From: Histomonas meleagridis 2922-C6/04-290x
Taxonomy: Eukaryota > Protista > Parabasalia
Length of the DNA stretch: 64,000 nucleotides
Assembly (NCBI GenBank): GCA_020184695.1
Contig: JAANOX010000227.1
Location: forward strand, 62,001 to 126,000
Direction of reading: 5' to 3'
Position numbers and translations under genes: made by a program. The notes beneath the pieces were generated by a model. That model ran no database searches. It was not told the origin of the DNA and saw nothing but the letters and a program-made list of their open reading frames with translations. Shown piece by piece: positions 23,599 to 36,684 of this stretch; position 1 is the stretch's first letter, and each line of letters opens with the position of its first letter.

Positions 23599-24568
23599 GT
23601 AACGATTGTATTAAATTTTATTCTATTATGAGTTCATTGAAAAAAATTTCTGAGAGATCGCTAGCGATTCGAGTAAACCAAAGAAAAATTGTCATCTCAA
23701 TACAAGTTGTTTTTTCGGATGTTGTTTATTAGAATGTTGTTTTTTTATAATTCGAAGAATATTTATATAAAAAAATTGTGTTCTGAATTCAAAATCTTAA
23801 TTAATTTTGAAAAATTATCTAAAATCAAAGTTGATCCCAAAATAAAATTCATTAAATGCTATCTACATCTGATGTACTATTAGTACAGTACTAATGAGCC
23901 CTTTCTGTCTGAGCTTTACATGGTTTTTTATATCAATTCCTTTATATGTTTTTTATATCTGTATATTCGGATATACAAAAAAAACTATACATGACACTCT
24001 TCATCTTGGTTTATTTATATAGTAGATTTTTACCAAAATCCCAAAAGCATAATGTTCAGTCATCTCAAGTTAATCTTCGAATTATGAAAAAACTTCTTCA
24101 CATTGGAATCCATAATACATACAAATTTACAACTGATATTTATAAAAGCAGAACTTAATGGTAATGACAATTGGACATTTGATAGTCAAATTGTCATTAC
24201 CATTAACGGTCAACCAGTATTTTGCTATCGTTCAACAACTTGCCAACATTGAAATCGATCTTTCCTTCATTAAAAATGCAAATTTCATGAGGCAATATCG
24301 ACGCGATGGGAAACAAAATGTTGAAGTGCCAATTGGATTTGCTGTTTTTATTCCAAAATCAGATGAATATGTTTGACTTCATTTAAGACGTGAAGCTCAA
24401 TTATCTCCACTTTGTGTATCTCCATCGAAATTAATAGAAAAGTAACATAAATTGAGGTTGATATTAGATAATGTTATCAAAAAATAATTTATCCTTTAAA
24501 ATTGAAATATATTCAAGATCAAATTAAAATCGAAGCATCTAAAAAGTCATAAAGAAATAGTTAATGGA

Positions 24569-26051
24569 TAATGTATAATATATAATGTAATGTATAATAT
24601 ATAATGTAATGTATAATATATAATGTAATGTATAATATATAATGTAATGTATAATGTATAATGGATAATATATAATGTAAAATGGATAATTAATAATAAC
24701 TAATGTATATCAACTATTTATATTATATATTACATTGTCTATTATGTATTGCATTGTCTATTATACATTAAATTATATATTATACATTATACATTACATT
24801 ATATATTATACATTATATATTATACATTATATATTATACATTATATATTATACATTATATATTATACATTATATATTATACATTATATATTATACATTAT
24901 ATATTATACATTATATATTATACATTATATATTATACATTATATATTATACATTATATATTATACATTATATATTATACATTATATATTATACATTATAT
25001 ATTATACATTATATATTATACATTATATATTATACATTATATATTATACATTATATATTATACATTATATATTATACATTATATATTATACATTATATAT
25101 TATACATTATATATTATACATTATACATTATACATTATACATTATACATTATACATTATACATTATACATTATACATTATACATTATACATTATATATTA
25201 TACATTATATATTATACATTATATATTATACATTATATATTATACATTATATATTATACATTATATATTATACATTATATATTATACATTATATATTATA
25301 CATTATACATTATACATTATACATTATACATTATACATTATACATTATACATTATACATTATATATTATACATTATATATTATACATTATATATTATACA
25401 TTATATATTATACATTATACATTATACATTATACATTATACATTATACATTATACATTATACATTATACATTATACATTATACATTATACATTATACATT
25501 ATACATTATACATTATACATTATACATTATACATTATACATTATACATTATACATTACATTATATATTATACATTATACATTACATTATATATTATACAT
25601 TATACATTATACATTATACATTATACATTATACATTATACATTACATTATACATTATACATTATACATTATACATTATACATTATACATTATACATTACA
25701 TTATATATTATACATTACATTATATATTATACATTATATATTATACATTATATATTATACATTATATATTATACATTACATTATACATTATACATTATAT
25801 ATTATACATTATATATTATACATTACATTATACATTATACATTATATATTATACATTACATTATACATTATATATTATACATTACATTATATATTATACA
25901 TTACAATGTCTAAAATACATTACATTATATATTATACATTACATTATATATTATACATTATATTATATATTATACATTACATTATATATTATACATTACA
26001 ATGTCTAAAATACATTACATTATATGTTATACATTACATTATATATTATAC
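24569..26051. repeat. (ATTATAC/ATTATAT)n 7-bp satellite with TACAT variants; short inverted block at 24569-24680
   Basis: About 1.3 kb of heptamer repeats from about 24772; the left block is the reverse complement of the same motif. Confidence 0.97.
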
Positions 26052-27313
26052 GTTTCATTTTATAAAGTGTGTTAAATAAACAAAAGTTATTAATATAAAA
26101 TTAAAATTAAATCATTATTCGCTTACAAAATTCAAGTATTATTTTTCGTTAATCTGACATTTTATATTTTATCAGAATTATCCTGACAAAAATAGGAAGT
26201 ATCCAAAAAAAATTGAATAGGTGATATTATCTCACAATTCCTAGTAATTTGTATACTCATTCAAAAATGGCATCATGAAAAAGAAAAATTTTTTAAATAA
26301 AATCATATACATAGAATATTTTAATAAAAATAATATACCACCATATGTTTTAACATATGGAGAATTTGATTATGATATTTATTTTTTGAAATTTTTTTAC
26401 TTTTATTAATCTGCATTAATTACATCAAAAATTATTTTTTCTTCATTATATGCCATAAAATATATTTTCTACTTATATATATTATGTTTTTGATGTTATT
26501 ATTTTAAAATAAATAATTTTATTTTTTCGAGAATTTTTTAATTTTAAAATTTTTGATTTTTTTCTTGTTGTAATTATACAACAGTTCAAAAAGTCAAAAA
26601 TTGAGTCGATAACCGTCCAAAAGTGTGTATGTTTTGGGTATTTTTTAAGTCACCTACTCTCTATCAAAAGCAGGTTTGGAAAATTGGGACGGGATTCCTT
26701 CCATCGCAGACGTAATTATGACATGTTAACATCATTATAAAAAATGGTAACAGTTTAAAAGTGGAAAACAGAACAACTGATATCATTAAATAAAGACTTC
26801 TTTGAAAAATGCTTATTTTAGCAAAAAACAGAAAACATGTTTCAAACAGACAATGTTATGAATTGAATACTAATTCCGGAATAAGTCTGTTTCGGAATAA
26901 ATCTATTCTGAAATAAAACTTATTCCGAAATAAGTCACTATTACATGAAAAAGTCACTATTTCCCAAACGAAATTTTTTTCCAGAAATAGTATATAAATT
27001 CCATCAAAACCAATAAAATCTTCGATTGATATTGTTGAATTATTAGAGGTATTTCGAAAAAAGTCGTTTGTTTCGGAAGAATAAAATTTTTTTTGAAAAA
27101 ACGCTGAAAATCGAAAAATTGTTTAATCACGAAAAGCAGTCGAAAATCGAAATAACATGCACCCAAAACAGTTTTATCGAAAAAGCTTGACTTTTTCAGA
27201 TGAAAATCGAATGAATTACGGTTATAATTTTTCATGATGTTATCAAAATGTTAGATTTTGAATAGTAATTAGTTTTGTTTCAATTCAAAAATTATCACTT
27301 TACATAAATGAAC

Positions 27314-28245
27314 ATGGCTTTGCAGCAATAATATCAAAATAGGGTTATCACTTTTAATGACGATGACAATATCAATGAAGACAATGATGAGAACGAATTT
27401 CAAAAAAGGAGCATATTTGAAGAATTGATCAATACCAACAGAGAAGTTTCATTGATAACATCAACCAGGTTTAATATAAATGAATTTAACAAAATTTGTG
27501 AAGCATGTCAATTAGTTTTTGAAAGTACTGGACAAGGCAGAAAACATATTCTGGCATCAAAAAGTATGCTTTTGAATACATCAACATATCTTGCATCTGA
27601 TTCTAAGTTCAGTTTAATTGGTCAAATTTCCAACATTGCAGAATCTCTTGTATATAACGATACATTTCACGATCCAAAGAATCGCGCGATGCTAACGTTA
27701 GTCGCGAAATTCTGTGTAATACCTATACAAACTAACCTTAGAAGAACGACATTTTCAAAACTTCCCAAATGCATTTGGTGCTATTGACACCACATTTATT
27801 TATATAAATAAGCCAGATTTAAAAGAAGAACAAAAACGTAATTGATCCTTTAAACATGGTATGTGCGGAGTGAAGATACGAGCTCTCGTTCGTCCAAACG
27901 GTCTCTGTACACTTTTTTCTGTCGGTATCCCTGGTTCAGTTCATGATTTGTGGCTGAAAAATTTCTATATATACACTTGACAATGCAAAATGGTACACAA
28001 ATTGAAGGTCATTTTCGACTACTTTTCGATAAACGGTATACGGGCCTGAATTTATAGGGATACCCGGAAGCATTCACTATCGAAAAGTCAAAAGGAAGAG
28101 ACCTGACACAATAAGAAATAGCTACCAATACACGAATCGAAAAAGTTCGTGTAATAGTGGAAAACTATTTTGGTAGGCTAAAAGCTAATTTTGACATCTT
28201 GGGACAAGAAATCAATATATCTCAGGAAATCGATAAATTTCAATG
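27314..28245 (+). pseudogene. IS5-like DDE_Tnp_4 transposase remnant (PIF/Harbinger or ISL2EU)
   Basis: Across broken frames: NFPNAFGAIDTT, PGSVHD, LLFDKRY and RVIVENYFGRLK. Confidence 0.75.
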
Positions 28246-28299
28246 AATCTCGAGTAATCAAAAAATTTTAGGAAATAAATCTTTTTTACATTAAAAAAA

Positions 28300-28371
28300 T
28301 GGATGTGTGGGGGATCGAACCCCAGGCCTCTACAATGCAAATGTAGCGCTCTACCACTGAGCTACACACCC
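28300..28371 (-). tRNA. tRNA-Ala(UGC), identical to the copy at 17069
   Basis: Exact reverse complement of 17069-17140; oligo-T terminator downstream. Confidence 0.97.
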
Positions 28372-28663
28372 TTTACATATATTTAAATATGATGGATATT
28401 TAAATTAATATAATTGAGATGAACAACATATTCATATAATATCAATCATGAAAACACTGTAGATAGAAATAACGATACAGCTGATGAATTAAACTATAAT
28501 GCGGAATAATCACAGACTTTCAAGATATTTGAAAATTATAACTGTTTAGTTCTAATATATTATTTAAAGTTCAATCTTTTTCTAAAAAAAATTAATGAAA
28601 AATAATAATAAAAAGGAATGAAACACAATAAATAAGTATATTTTAAGCAGTAATAATCAAATA

Positions 28664-29827
28664 TCATTTACTGAGTGGTTTTGGGTGTATTGAACTCAGG
28701 AAATCAATAAATTGTTGATCAGATACTGAACTTCCTTTGTCTTCCTCGAATTCGAACCCTTCATTTTTTTGATGGCGTTTGTGCTTTTGTTGGTTCTTAC
28801 GCTGAGTTCCTTTGTGAGATGGCGGTTGTGAAGTGTATTGCGGTTGTGGCGGTTGTTGTGGTTGATGCTGAGATGAGTTTTGTGGCATTGAAGGTTCTTG
28901 ACGCTTTGGTAAGAGATCAAGGAGGTCAAGGAGATCGTCTGTGTTGGATGTTTCCTGTTGTGCAGGTTGTGGGGAACTCTGTTTTGGCGGGGGCATTTGT
29001 GGAGTTCCGATCAAGTCAAGAAGATCATCTGCGTTTTTCTTTTTAGTGGTCTTTTTCTTTGGTTTCTTTTGTTCTCTCTGTGGTATTCCTTGGGCTTCGA
29101 TTTCCCTTAGAGCATCAACATCAAATGATCCCTTTTTGAGGAATTTATTGTATGATGCCTTATATAACTTACAGAATTCAATTAAATAATTGATGATTGA
29201 TTTGACATATTCATCACTCATTGTTGGAAGAAGTTTAATAAGCCTTTGATGGACTTCGTTGACATTTGGAAGGATTTCTTGAAGGGTTTTATCTTCTGCT
29301 CCCGCTCCAGAATTAAGAGCAGTGATAATTGCTTGATTGAACATCTTAAGTAATTCATATGACGCTGAAAAGTCACTGATAAATTTGTTGGCTGTTTCCG
29401 GTGTCATTACGTATTTGTATGTATAAGATTTGATATTTTTTACCCATTCAACAAAATCTTTATGAAGAACATTATTCTTTTTACATTCTTCAACCCATGA
29501 ATCTACAAGATCATAGAGAGCTTTGTGAACTGCAGGATCTTTCGTAACAGGATCTACACCAATTTTTTTAATTGATTTTGATGATTGAAGAGATTTGAGT
29601 AATTGGGCACTTCCGTTTTTAAAAAGGAAATCAACGAGAGATATACAATTCAATTTATCTAAAAGTTCACTTGATATCATTATTTCTTCTATTGTCTCAA
29701 AAATATTTGATTGATCTGTGACGCTTTTATTAGCAATATCAACAATATGAAAGGCATGAGAGTAATCAATTGTATCTTTGCCTGTTCGAATTGTTTTTGA
29801 AACCAATTCGAAAATATTTCGGTGCAT
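28664..29827 (-). CDS. VHS-domain (TOM1/GGA-like) trafficking adaptor with helical GAT-like region and Pro/Gln-rich tail
   Basis: VHS-like N-terminus (LNCISLVDFLFKNGS), helical middle region, and DDLLDL/DLLDLL clathrin-box-like motifs. Confidence 0.65.
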   Translation of the reverse strand: MHRNIFELVSKTIRTGKDTIDYSHAFHIVDIANKSVTDQSNIFETIEEIMISSELLDKLNCISLVDFLFKNGSAQLLKSLQSSKSIKKIGVDPVTKDPAVHKALYDLVDSWVEECKKNNVLHKDFVEWVKNIKSYTYKYVMTPETANKFISDFSASYELLKMFNQAIITALNSGAGAEDKTLQEILPNVNEVHQRLIKLLPTMSDEYVKSIINYLIEFCKLYKASYNKFLKKGSFDVDALREIEAQGIPQREQKKPKKKTTKKKNADDLLDLIGTPQMPPPKQSSPQPAQQETSNTDDLLDLLDLLPKRQEPSMPQNSSQHQPQQPPQPQYTSQPPSHKGTQRKNQQKHKRHQKNEGFEFEEDKGSSVSDQQFIDFLSSIHPKPLSK

Positions 29828-30249
29828 TTTGTTATTTTAACGGTTATTTTTAATGTCAGTTTTTTGTGCGATCATCTAAAGTATTGAAAAAGTTTAATGA
29901 AAATTCTGAACGTTCTTTTTTTTTAAATTTTTGTTGGCACAAAGTGTAAAATTAACAGTATCCATTACATGTTTCTCCTCCATTACTTTGAGTTTAAAAA
30001 TAGTTGTGTTTGGTTTATTAAATTAACTTTGCTATTTACATGTAAATTGAATCGAATCTTCAATAATCTATTTTCATCCACATAAACTTAATTTCACATA
30101 TTCTGGATGTAACAGTGTTAACAAATATTGTAATGGTAGAGAAAAATGGATTCTTCAAGAATTTTCGAAAATTTCGTACAAAACGGTTTATAACAGCTGT
30201 CACATTTTGTATAAAAACTTTGGACATTTAAAAGCAGTGTATCAATATT

Positions 30250-31419
30250 TTATTCATTTGTTTCGGGGTTTTCCTCATCATCCTCTTCTTCTTCTTCCAT
30301 GATTTCTCCGAGCAGTTCTTCATCTATTGCCAAAGGATTTCCCTCATTTAAGTGGATATATTCCTGTCCACTAAGCTCCAATGGCAATGATGCCTCCAAA
30401 GCAACTTGCTGTGATTGCATTATGTTTGTTAAATTTGCATCTGGTGGTACAGTGAAATATTTATATCTTCCATTCCAGAGTTCATCCATGATCAATTTTG
30501 CCGCATTCCTAATGTTTGTACCATACTTTTGTCCGTATGCTCTAAAGAACTCTTTAGGATCTTCCACTGGTGGGATTTCCAAGGTAAGGAAAATGTTATC
30601 ATCATTACGACGTAAGAAAGTTTCAGTAGCAAGTTCATGAATTGGGTCAACAAAGTCAGCTCCTTGTAGAAGTCCCATTTCTGGTGTTGGGACAAGGAAT
30701 GAATATGATTCAACTTCAAGAAGAAGACCACTGTTAAACTGGCAAATTGTTGATTTTCCAACTCCTCTAATTCCAATGACACCGACTTTTTGTGCATTGG
30801 GTGCAACTTGTGCTATGATATCTCTGACTGCTGGAAGTGATAGTTGAGTATTAATAGCTGAAATAGCAACGGTTGGAGCAACTTCGATAAGCTTAGCAAG
30901 CCATCTGATTGCAGCTTCACGTGGAATAAGATCTATCTTATTAAGGATAATGATAAGTGGTTTTTTCTTATTCTGTAAAACTTCGGTCTCTGCTTCAAGA
31001 AGTCTGCATGCAGTTGGATCACGTGCATCTAATACTTCTATGATTGTATCTGCTTCTTCAACTGCTGCCAAAAGTTGCTGATATGAATTTGTAGCATTTT
31101 GTATTTTTTGTTTATGAGCTTGTGCAAGTTGTTTTTTCACATTTTCGAGTTGAATTTCAAATGGTTTTCTCTTTTCTTTAACACGTGTAGATTCTACTTG
31201 TCGAATAACATCATTTAAGAAAGCTGAACCCTCATGAACTTGAGCTGCAATTGCTTCTCGATTTGGAAGTGATTGTGGAGGATTTAAAATCTTCTTTGAT
31301 CTCTTTGGGAATTTCTTTGTTTTGGCTTCCTTCCTTTCACGTTCTCTCTTGGCTTTGGCCTTTTTACGAATAACAGCAGCCATTTTAAGGGAAGGACGTC
31401 GGGATAACTTTTTCCCCAT
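30250..31419 (-). CDS. Nucleostemin/GNL3/Nug1-like circularly permuted GTPase, divergent
   Basis: Basic N-terminus, ADTIIEVLDARDP, ILNKIDL (G4), VGVIGIRGVGKST (G1) and an acidic tail. Confidence 0.8.
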   Translation of the reverse strand: MGKKLSRRPSLKMAAVIRKKAKAKRERERKEAKTKKFPKRSKKILNPPQSLPNREAIAAQVHEGSAFLNDVIRQVESTRVKEKRKPFEIQLENVKKQLAQAHKQKIQNATNSYQQLLAAVEEADTIIEVLDARDPTACRLLEAETEVLQNKKKPLIIILNKIDLIPREAAIRWLAKLIEVAPTVAISAINTQLSLPAVRDIIAQVAPNAQKVGVIGIRGVGKSTICQFNSGLLLEVESYSFLVPTPEMGLLQGADFVDPIHELATETFLRRNDDNIFLTLEIPPVEDPKEFFRAYGQKYGTNIRNAAKLIMDELWNGRYKYFTVPPDANLTNIMQSQQVALEASLPLELSGQEYIHLNEGNPLAIDEELLGEIMEEEEEDDEENPETNE

Positions 31420-31882
31420 TAAAATTATGGCTTCTTACTCGACCACGAAATCTTTCAAAACTTTATGCGTAGCGGTTTAAACGGCTGCCTTCTTTCACAT
31501 AAATTTTTAGAATTTAAGTATATCTATCTTAATCCATAATACTAGTTGGTTTGATAGTTGATAACGCTTTTCGTAAACCGACAAATAGTAATCATTGATC
31601 AAAAAATCGTAACTACTTTTCTAAATTTTAAACTTTTTTTCCTCCTACTGACTCTGAATGATAAGTATTTTTTTTTTAATTACAGAATTCAAAAATCAAA
31701 TAAAGAAATTTTAGAGAGCTCCTAAAACGCAAAAAATTTTCGGTGTTATTTAATTCATACTGTACAACTAATAAAATCTTTATTATTGCAATATGTATTG
31801 TGTATCTTTTTAAACGCTGATTTACAATCAAATTTGATTTCTCTAAATCAGAAAATTAATTTATATTTATTTATTTATTTAT

Positions 31883-34800
31883 TCACTCAAACGGTACCAT
31901 AATTTCGCACAAACCGGAGCCTGCATTCACCACATTACCCACTGACAAACACGCGGAAGGTGACTTCATATTGTCCTTACTTCCATGTAACGATGCGTAA
32001 GATAAGAATTGCGTTGTTGTTTTCGAAAGACATTTGTTGGAAAGGCGAAGGGCAGCACTTCATTGAGTGTCTGCTCATTCCCAACCATTCACCAGTGTTT
32101 GTTACGTAATCAGCGATTAATTGCAAATGTCTTTTATCGATTGATATCGAATAAGCATTAAATACATTTTGTACTTCTTTAATTATTGCATTTCTTGCAG
32201 CTTCTATACCGAAATGTTCCAATATACCATAGATATGATTTGTATAGAAGTGATTTATATCGACTAAATCATTTTCGATAATTTCATCGAAGTTATAACC
32301 TTCTGTGTTTATTACAACTTGACCATTCTTATTGAAAGTATAATTAGCTTTAGTTACGCCTTTAATTTCTTGGATTTTAATTTCATTTAATACATTTTCG
32401 ATGATTGAATCCAATAATATTTTAATGTTTACATTTGAGATATTAAATCGTACAAACATTGATAGTTCTTCTAAATTAATATCTAATTCCATTTTGTCTT
32501 CATCATTTTTAGGTTCTTCTTCATCATTATCATTTGACTTTTTCTTTTTATTATTTTTACTTTTATTTGTTTCACCAATTTCATCGTCATCTGCTTCATA
32601 TGAATTTTGTTCATTTTTACGTGTGTTCTTTTTACTTAAATCGGCACCCATTTCTTCATAACGTTGATTAGAATTCGCATTTAATGTTAAGTCGTCATTA
32701 TTCACTTCATTAATTTTAATTCCTGTCGACTTAAGTATTGAATTAATTTTCTTTTTAAGTAATGATGAGAATTTACGTTTTAATGTTAATAACTTTTCAT
32801 CTTCATATAAATTCCATTTATTAAATTGTTCTTCATTAAATTTTAATATGATTGTAATGATTCGATTCCGTTTAACTTCATTTTTAACATTAAAGTCTTC
32901 AATGATTTTATATGACTTAATAATTTCTTTCAGTGAAACTCGTTTGAATTTAGAAACAAATTTTTCTGCTTCTTCTTTATCATTTTGAATCTTTAATGGT
33001 ATAGACATTGTCGGTGTAATTGGTGAATGTGTAGCAACAACTAAAATTTCACGTAAACGTGGAATACCTAATGTAACATTAGCGCCACCATAACCGGCTA
33101 AGTGAAAAGTATTTAATGTCATTTGTGTAGCTGGTTCACCTATAGCTTGTGCAGCTATAATTCCTACAATTTCACCTGGTTGAATTTGTGACTTAAAATA
33201 ATTAAATAATGCTATAGCTTTAAGTTTTTCGGGATCAATTTTATGTTCTATATTTTCATTTTCACAATATGAATTTAATGATTTCTCAAATGATTCACTA
33301 ATAGAACCGACATGAATATGTGGTGGATATATTGATTGGATTGGATTAGTACGTTCTTCTTTTCGAATCAAGTAAATTCATCGCTTCTTCACATTCTGCT
33401 TTTTCCATTAATTCACTAATATTTAATTTGCTTAAATATGCATTATAATTATCTTCCATGAACTCAAATTTTTCGATATATTTGTTATTCATTGGATCAA
33501 TTCCATCTTCGCCATATAAGAATTGGATAATATTATCATCACTATTACGGACTGTACCATCATATGCTACACGAATTCCTTCCATATGTTTAATGATACA
33601 TCGTTGTAAATATCCAGTGTTAGCTGTCTTAACTGCAGTATCTGTAAGTCCTTCACGTCCTGCCATACAATGGAAGTAATATTCTTGTGGCTTTAAACCT
33701 GTTAAGAATCGACTACTAATAAACCCACCTGCTATAGGCGCTAATTTCATTGGTTTAAATGATGGTAATGATTTACCTGATGACATAAATGGTACACGTT
33801 TACCTTCAAGTTCTTGTTGTCCTAATAAACATGCCATTTGTGATAAGTTAACGACTGATCCTTTAGCTCCGGATTGTGTCATTGTAATTAAACAATTCTT
33901 TGGAAATCTTTTCGATAATTGTAATGGAAAGATGGCGGAAATAATCTCTGTGGCTATTGGATTAATTGCATTCTTCATATGATTATCAAAACGTTCCTTT
34001 AAGTCCGGCTTCATAACTAATTCAAGAAGTTGTTGCTTAAATGGTAAATGTGATTTTGCTGGTGATCCATATTCTTTAACAAAGCTTTGACCTGCTTCTT
34101 TTGCTGCTTCTTTCATTTTTTGATTCATTTCATTACGAATATGTTCAGCTCTATGTGTAATTACCATATCATCTATACCACATGTAAATCCATGTGTTTG
34201 TAAATAATATGTAAATAAACATGATAACATTGTAAGAAATCGACCAGCTAATTGACTTCCATAAAGCTCAAAAAGACTATGAACTAAACCATATGTAGAT
34301 GCACCATATTGTGCTTTATCCATGATACCATACATTAATTCAGAATCAAAGAAACAAACATTACATTCTTCTGGATCACTACGTAAAAGTTGATTAGTGA
34401 ACTTGCTTTTTGATGTGAGCATTAACGGTTCCTTGTCTTTTGTAAGGTTTATCAAAATTGTCGATATAACTTGTTTACCTGTCCAAAGTTGTTTTGGATA
34501 AATAATTGCTGGTTGAAGTAATATTAAACGACAATTAGGTTCATTACCAAAGGCAGAAAATACAAGTTGTGAATATTGGGAATATGTAAAGAACTTATCT
34601 TTCATTGTAAGTAAAGCACCTGAATCTACATGATCTTGAATTAAACCTCGAATTGGATTTCCTGCTGTAGGTGTTACATAATGAATTGATGATAATGATA
34701 AATGCTTTGCTTCAGATCTTCCTAATTCATTTTGTAAAAGATGTAAATTGATTTCATCACCATCAAAATCTGCATTAAATGAGGCACAATTACTATAATG

Positions 34801-36267
34801 CATACGTAATGTTTTTTGATTTGGTAAAACACGTGCTTTCATACCTAAAATTGAAACACGATGAAGAGTTGGTTGACGATTAATTAAAACAAAATCACCA
34901 TCTTGAACATGTCGACCAACAATAATTGGCATAGAACCATCATTAGAATAAATCATCTTTGCAAATTTATTTCTTTCTTGATCGGTCATGTTTGCTAACC
35001 TATAAGTACGTCCTTCACCATTTGTTATAAAGTTTGCTCCAGGATAAACATCGGGACCGTTTAAAATCAGTTTTGACAGTTTATCTTTGTTGAATTCTGT
35101 GACTTTTTCTGGGTACGATAGAGTTTTGGCAAAAATTTCGGGTACCCCAATTTCATCTGTTGAAATATATGGATCTGGTGTAATAACTGAACGTGCAGAA
35201 AAGTTTACACGTTTACCCATAAGATTTTTACGAAAGAGTCCTTCTTTCTTTTCAAGAATTTGACGAATACCATGTGGAAGTTTCTTATTACTTTTAACAA
35301 GAGTATTATCAAAAAATGCATTAACGCTTGATTGAAGACGAGAATGGTTATTATTAATTCCATCTTTGTCATCGTCAGCTATAGATTTTGCAAGTGATAT
35401 TTCAGATTTAACAATATCTGCTAACGCAGATGATGATGGATGAGCATTGATTTTATCTCCTAAAACACTTGCTGGACGGAACTTTGAAGGTGTGACACAT
35501 ACTGTTTCAATGAAAAATTGACTTGGGCCAATATCAGAAAAGAATTCATTGTAGAAAGATTGATTTTTTTCATAAAATTTGTAAAGTAATTCTTTGATGT
35601 TTTCGATTGGAACAAAAGATGCATCGTTATTATTAACAAATTGAAAATGAAATGAATCGAATTTGAGTTCAGAACAACCACTTTGGCAATTTGAACATAT
35701 TTTCTTATACGTTGCAATCTTAGAAAGAAAAGTTTTGATGACCGTTGAACGCATTGAAGATGTATAAGAGTTTGGTGGAATAACTGGAGTAGAATGAATT
35801 ACTTCTTCCATAACTCTTATCTTTTCTTTAAGCTGTTGTTCACCATCATCAACAAAATTCATAAAATCATGTTCGATAACAAAACCACGAGCAACAAGTT
35901 TAAGAGCCATTTCAACTTGGATTACAATTTGTTCTGGAATTCTTAGCATGTTGCAATGTGGACACATGCCACAAATTAATTGCCTCAAATTTTTTATATA
36001 AAAAGGATGATAAACTGGTCTTGATAAATGAATATGACCAAAGTGGCCATTACAATTCCAAGCATTTTGACCACATATTTCACATTTTTGACTATTTTCT
36101 GTGGCACCTAAACGAGGATCATAAACACCTTCTTTAATTGGATTTCCAGAATGATCAAAAATACCACTTCCAGTAATTGGGAGTACACTAAAAGATTCTA
36201 TATCTTCTTTTGTGTAAGAGGTGAATTTAACTGAAGAAATGGGAGAACGAACTTCTTGGAACTCCAT
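31883..36267 (-). CDS. RPA1: RNA polymerase I largest subunit; two apparent +1 frameshifts (about 33360 and about 32022)
   Basis: CxxC/GHFGHI zinc site, GKRVNFSARSVI, RQPTLH, NADFDGD, and Pol I-type TLNTFHLAG.GGANVTLGIPRLREI. Removing one A at each A4 run joins the two ORFs and restores the C-terminus ETTTQFLSYASLHG..SPSACL..G.....GSG, ending at TGA 31883-31885. Confidence 0.93.
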
Positions 36268-36357
36268 GTTGAGCTTTAGGCAAAGTTCAACTCAACCCGT
36301 TCAATTTTGATATCACACGACCAGAGGCATTAACGGTCTATCAGAAGGAGTTCTTCC

Positions 36358-36684
36358 ATGGAAGTAAGGAAAAATGTAATTGTACCAAATGAATCGAACT
36401 ATATCGAATTATTCGATGACAATACATTGACAAAAGGAGATATTATGCAAATATCAGTTTCTATTATATTATCAAACCAATCTGTTGAAAAACATAAACA
36501 TTACGATATGAACGAAATATTTATTGTTGAAGAAGGAGAACTTGATATTACTGTTGATGATAATATTGTCCATATGTGCAAAGGCGATGCTGTCCTAGTT
36601 CGTCCAGGTCATTATCATGGCTTGTTTAATAGTTCACCAGAAACTTGCAAAGTTCTTATTATAGCAATAGCTTGTCCTCTTTAA
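36358..36684 (+). CDS. Single-domain cupin (Cupin_2-like) protein
   Basis: HKH....EIFIVEEG and GDAVLVRPGHYHGLFN cupin motifs 1 and 2. Confidence 0.85.
   Translation: MEVRKNVIVPNESNYIELFDDNTLTKGDIMQISVSIILSNQSVEKHKHYDMNEIFIVEEGELDITVDDNIVHMCKGDAVLVRPGHYHGLFNSSPETCKVLIIAIACPL

Noticed and set aside
23946-24440. Short overlapping ORFs with coding-like composition
   Set aside because: Probably a frameshifted remnant, but no family could be assigned.
24735-26008. 392- and 419-aa Y/I/H/L ORFs
   Set aside because: Stop-free readings of the heptamer satellite.
24569-26051. Possible telomeric repeat
   Set aside because: No G-rich strand, an internal position and variable 5/7-bp units.
17069-28371. 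Inverted identical tRNA-Ala pair as termini of a large element
   Set aside because: Identity is limited to the 72-nt tRNA; the flanks are unrelated and there is no TSD.
31977-36267. RPA1 as two genes or programmed frameshifting
   Set aside because: Both breaks are single extra As in A-runs, best explained as assembly errors; no independent recoding signal is seen.
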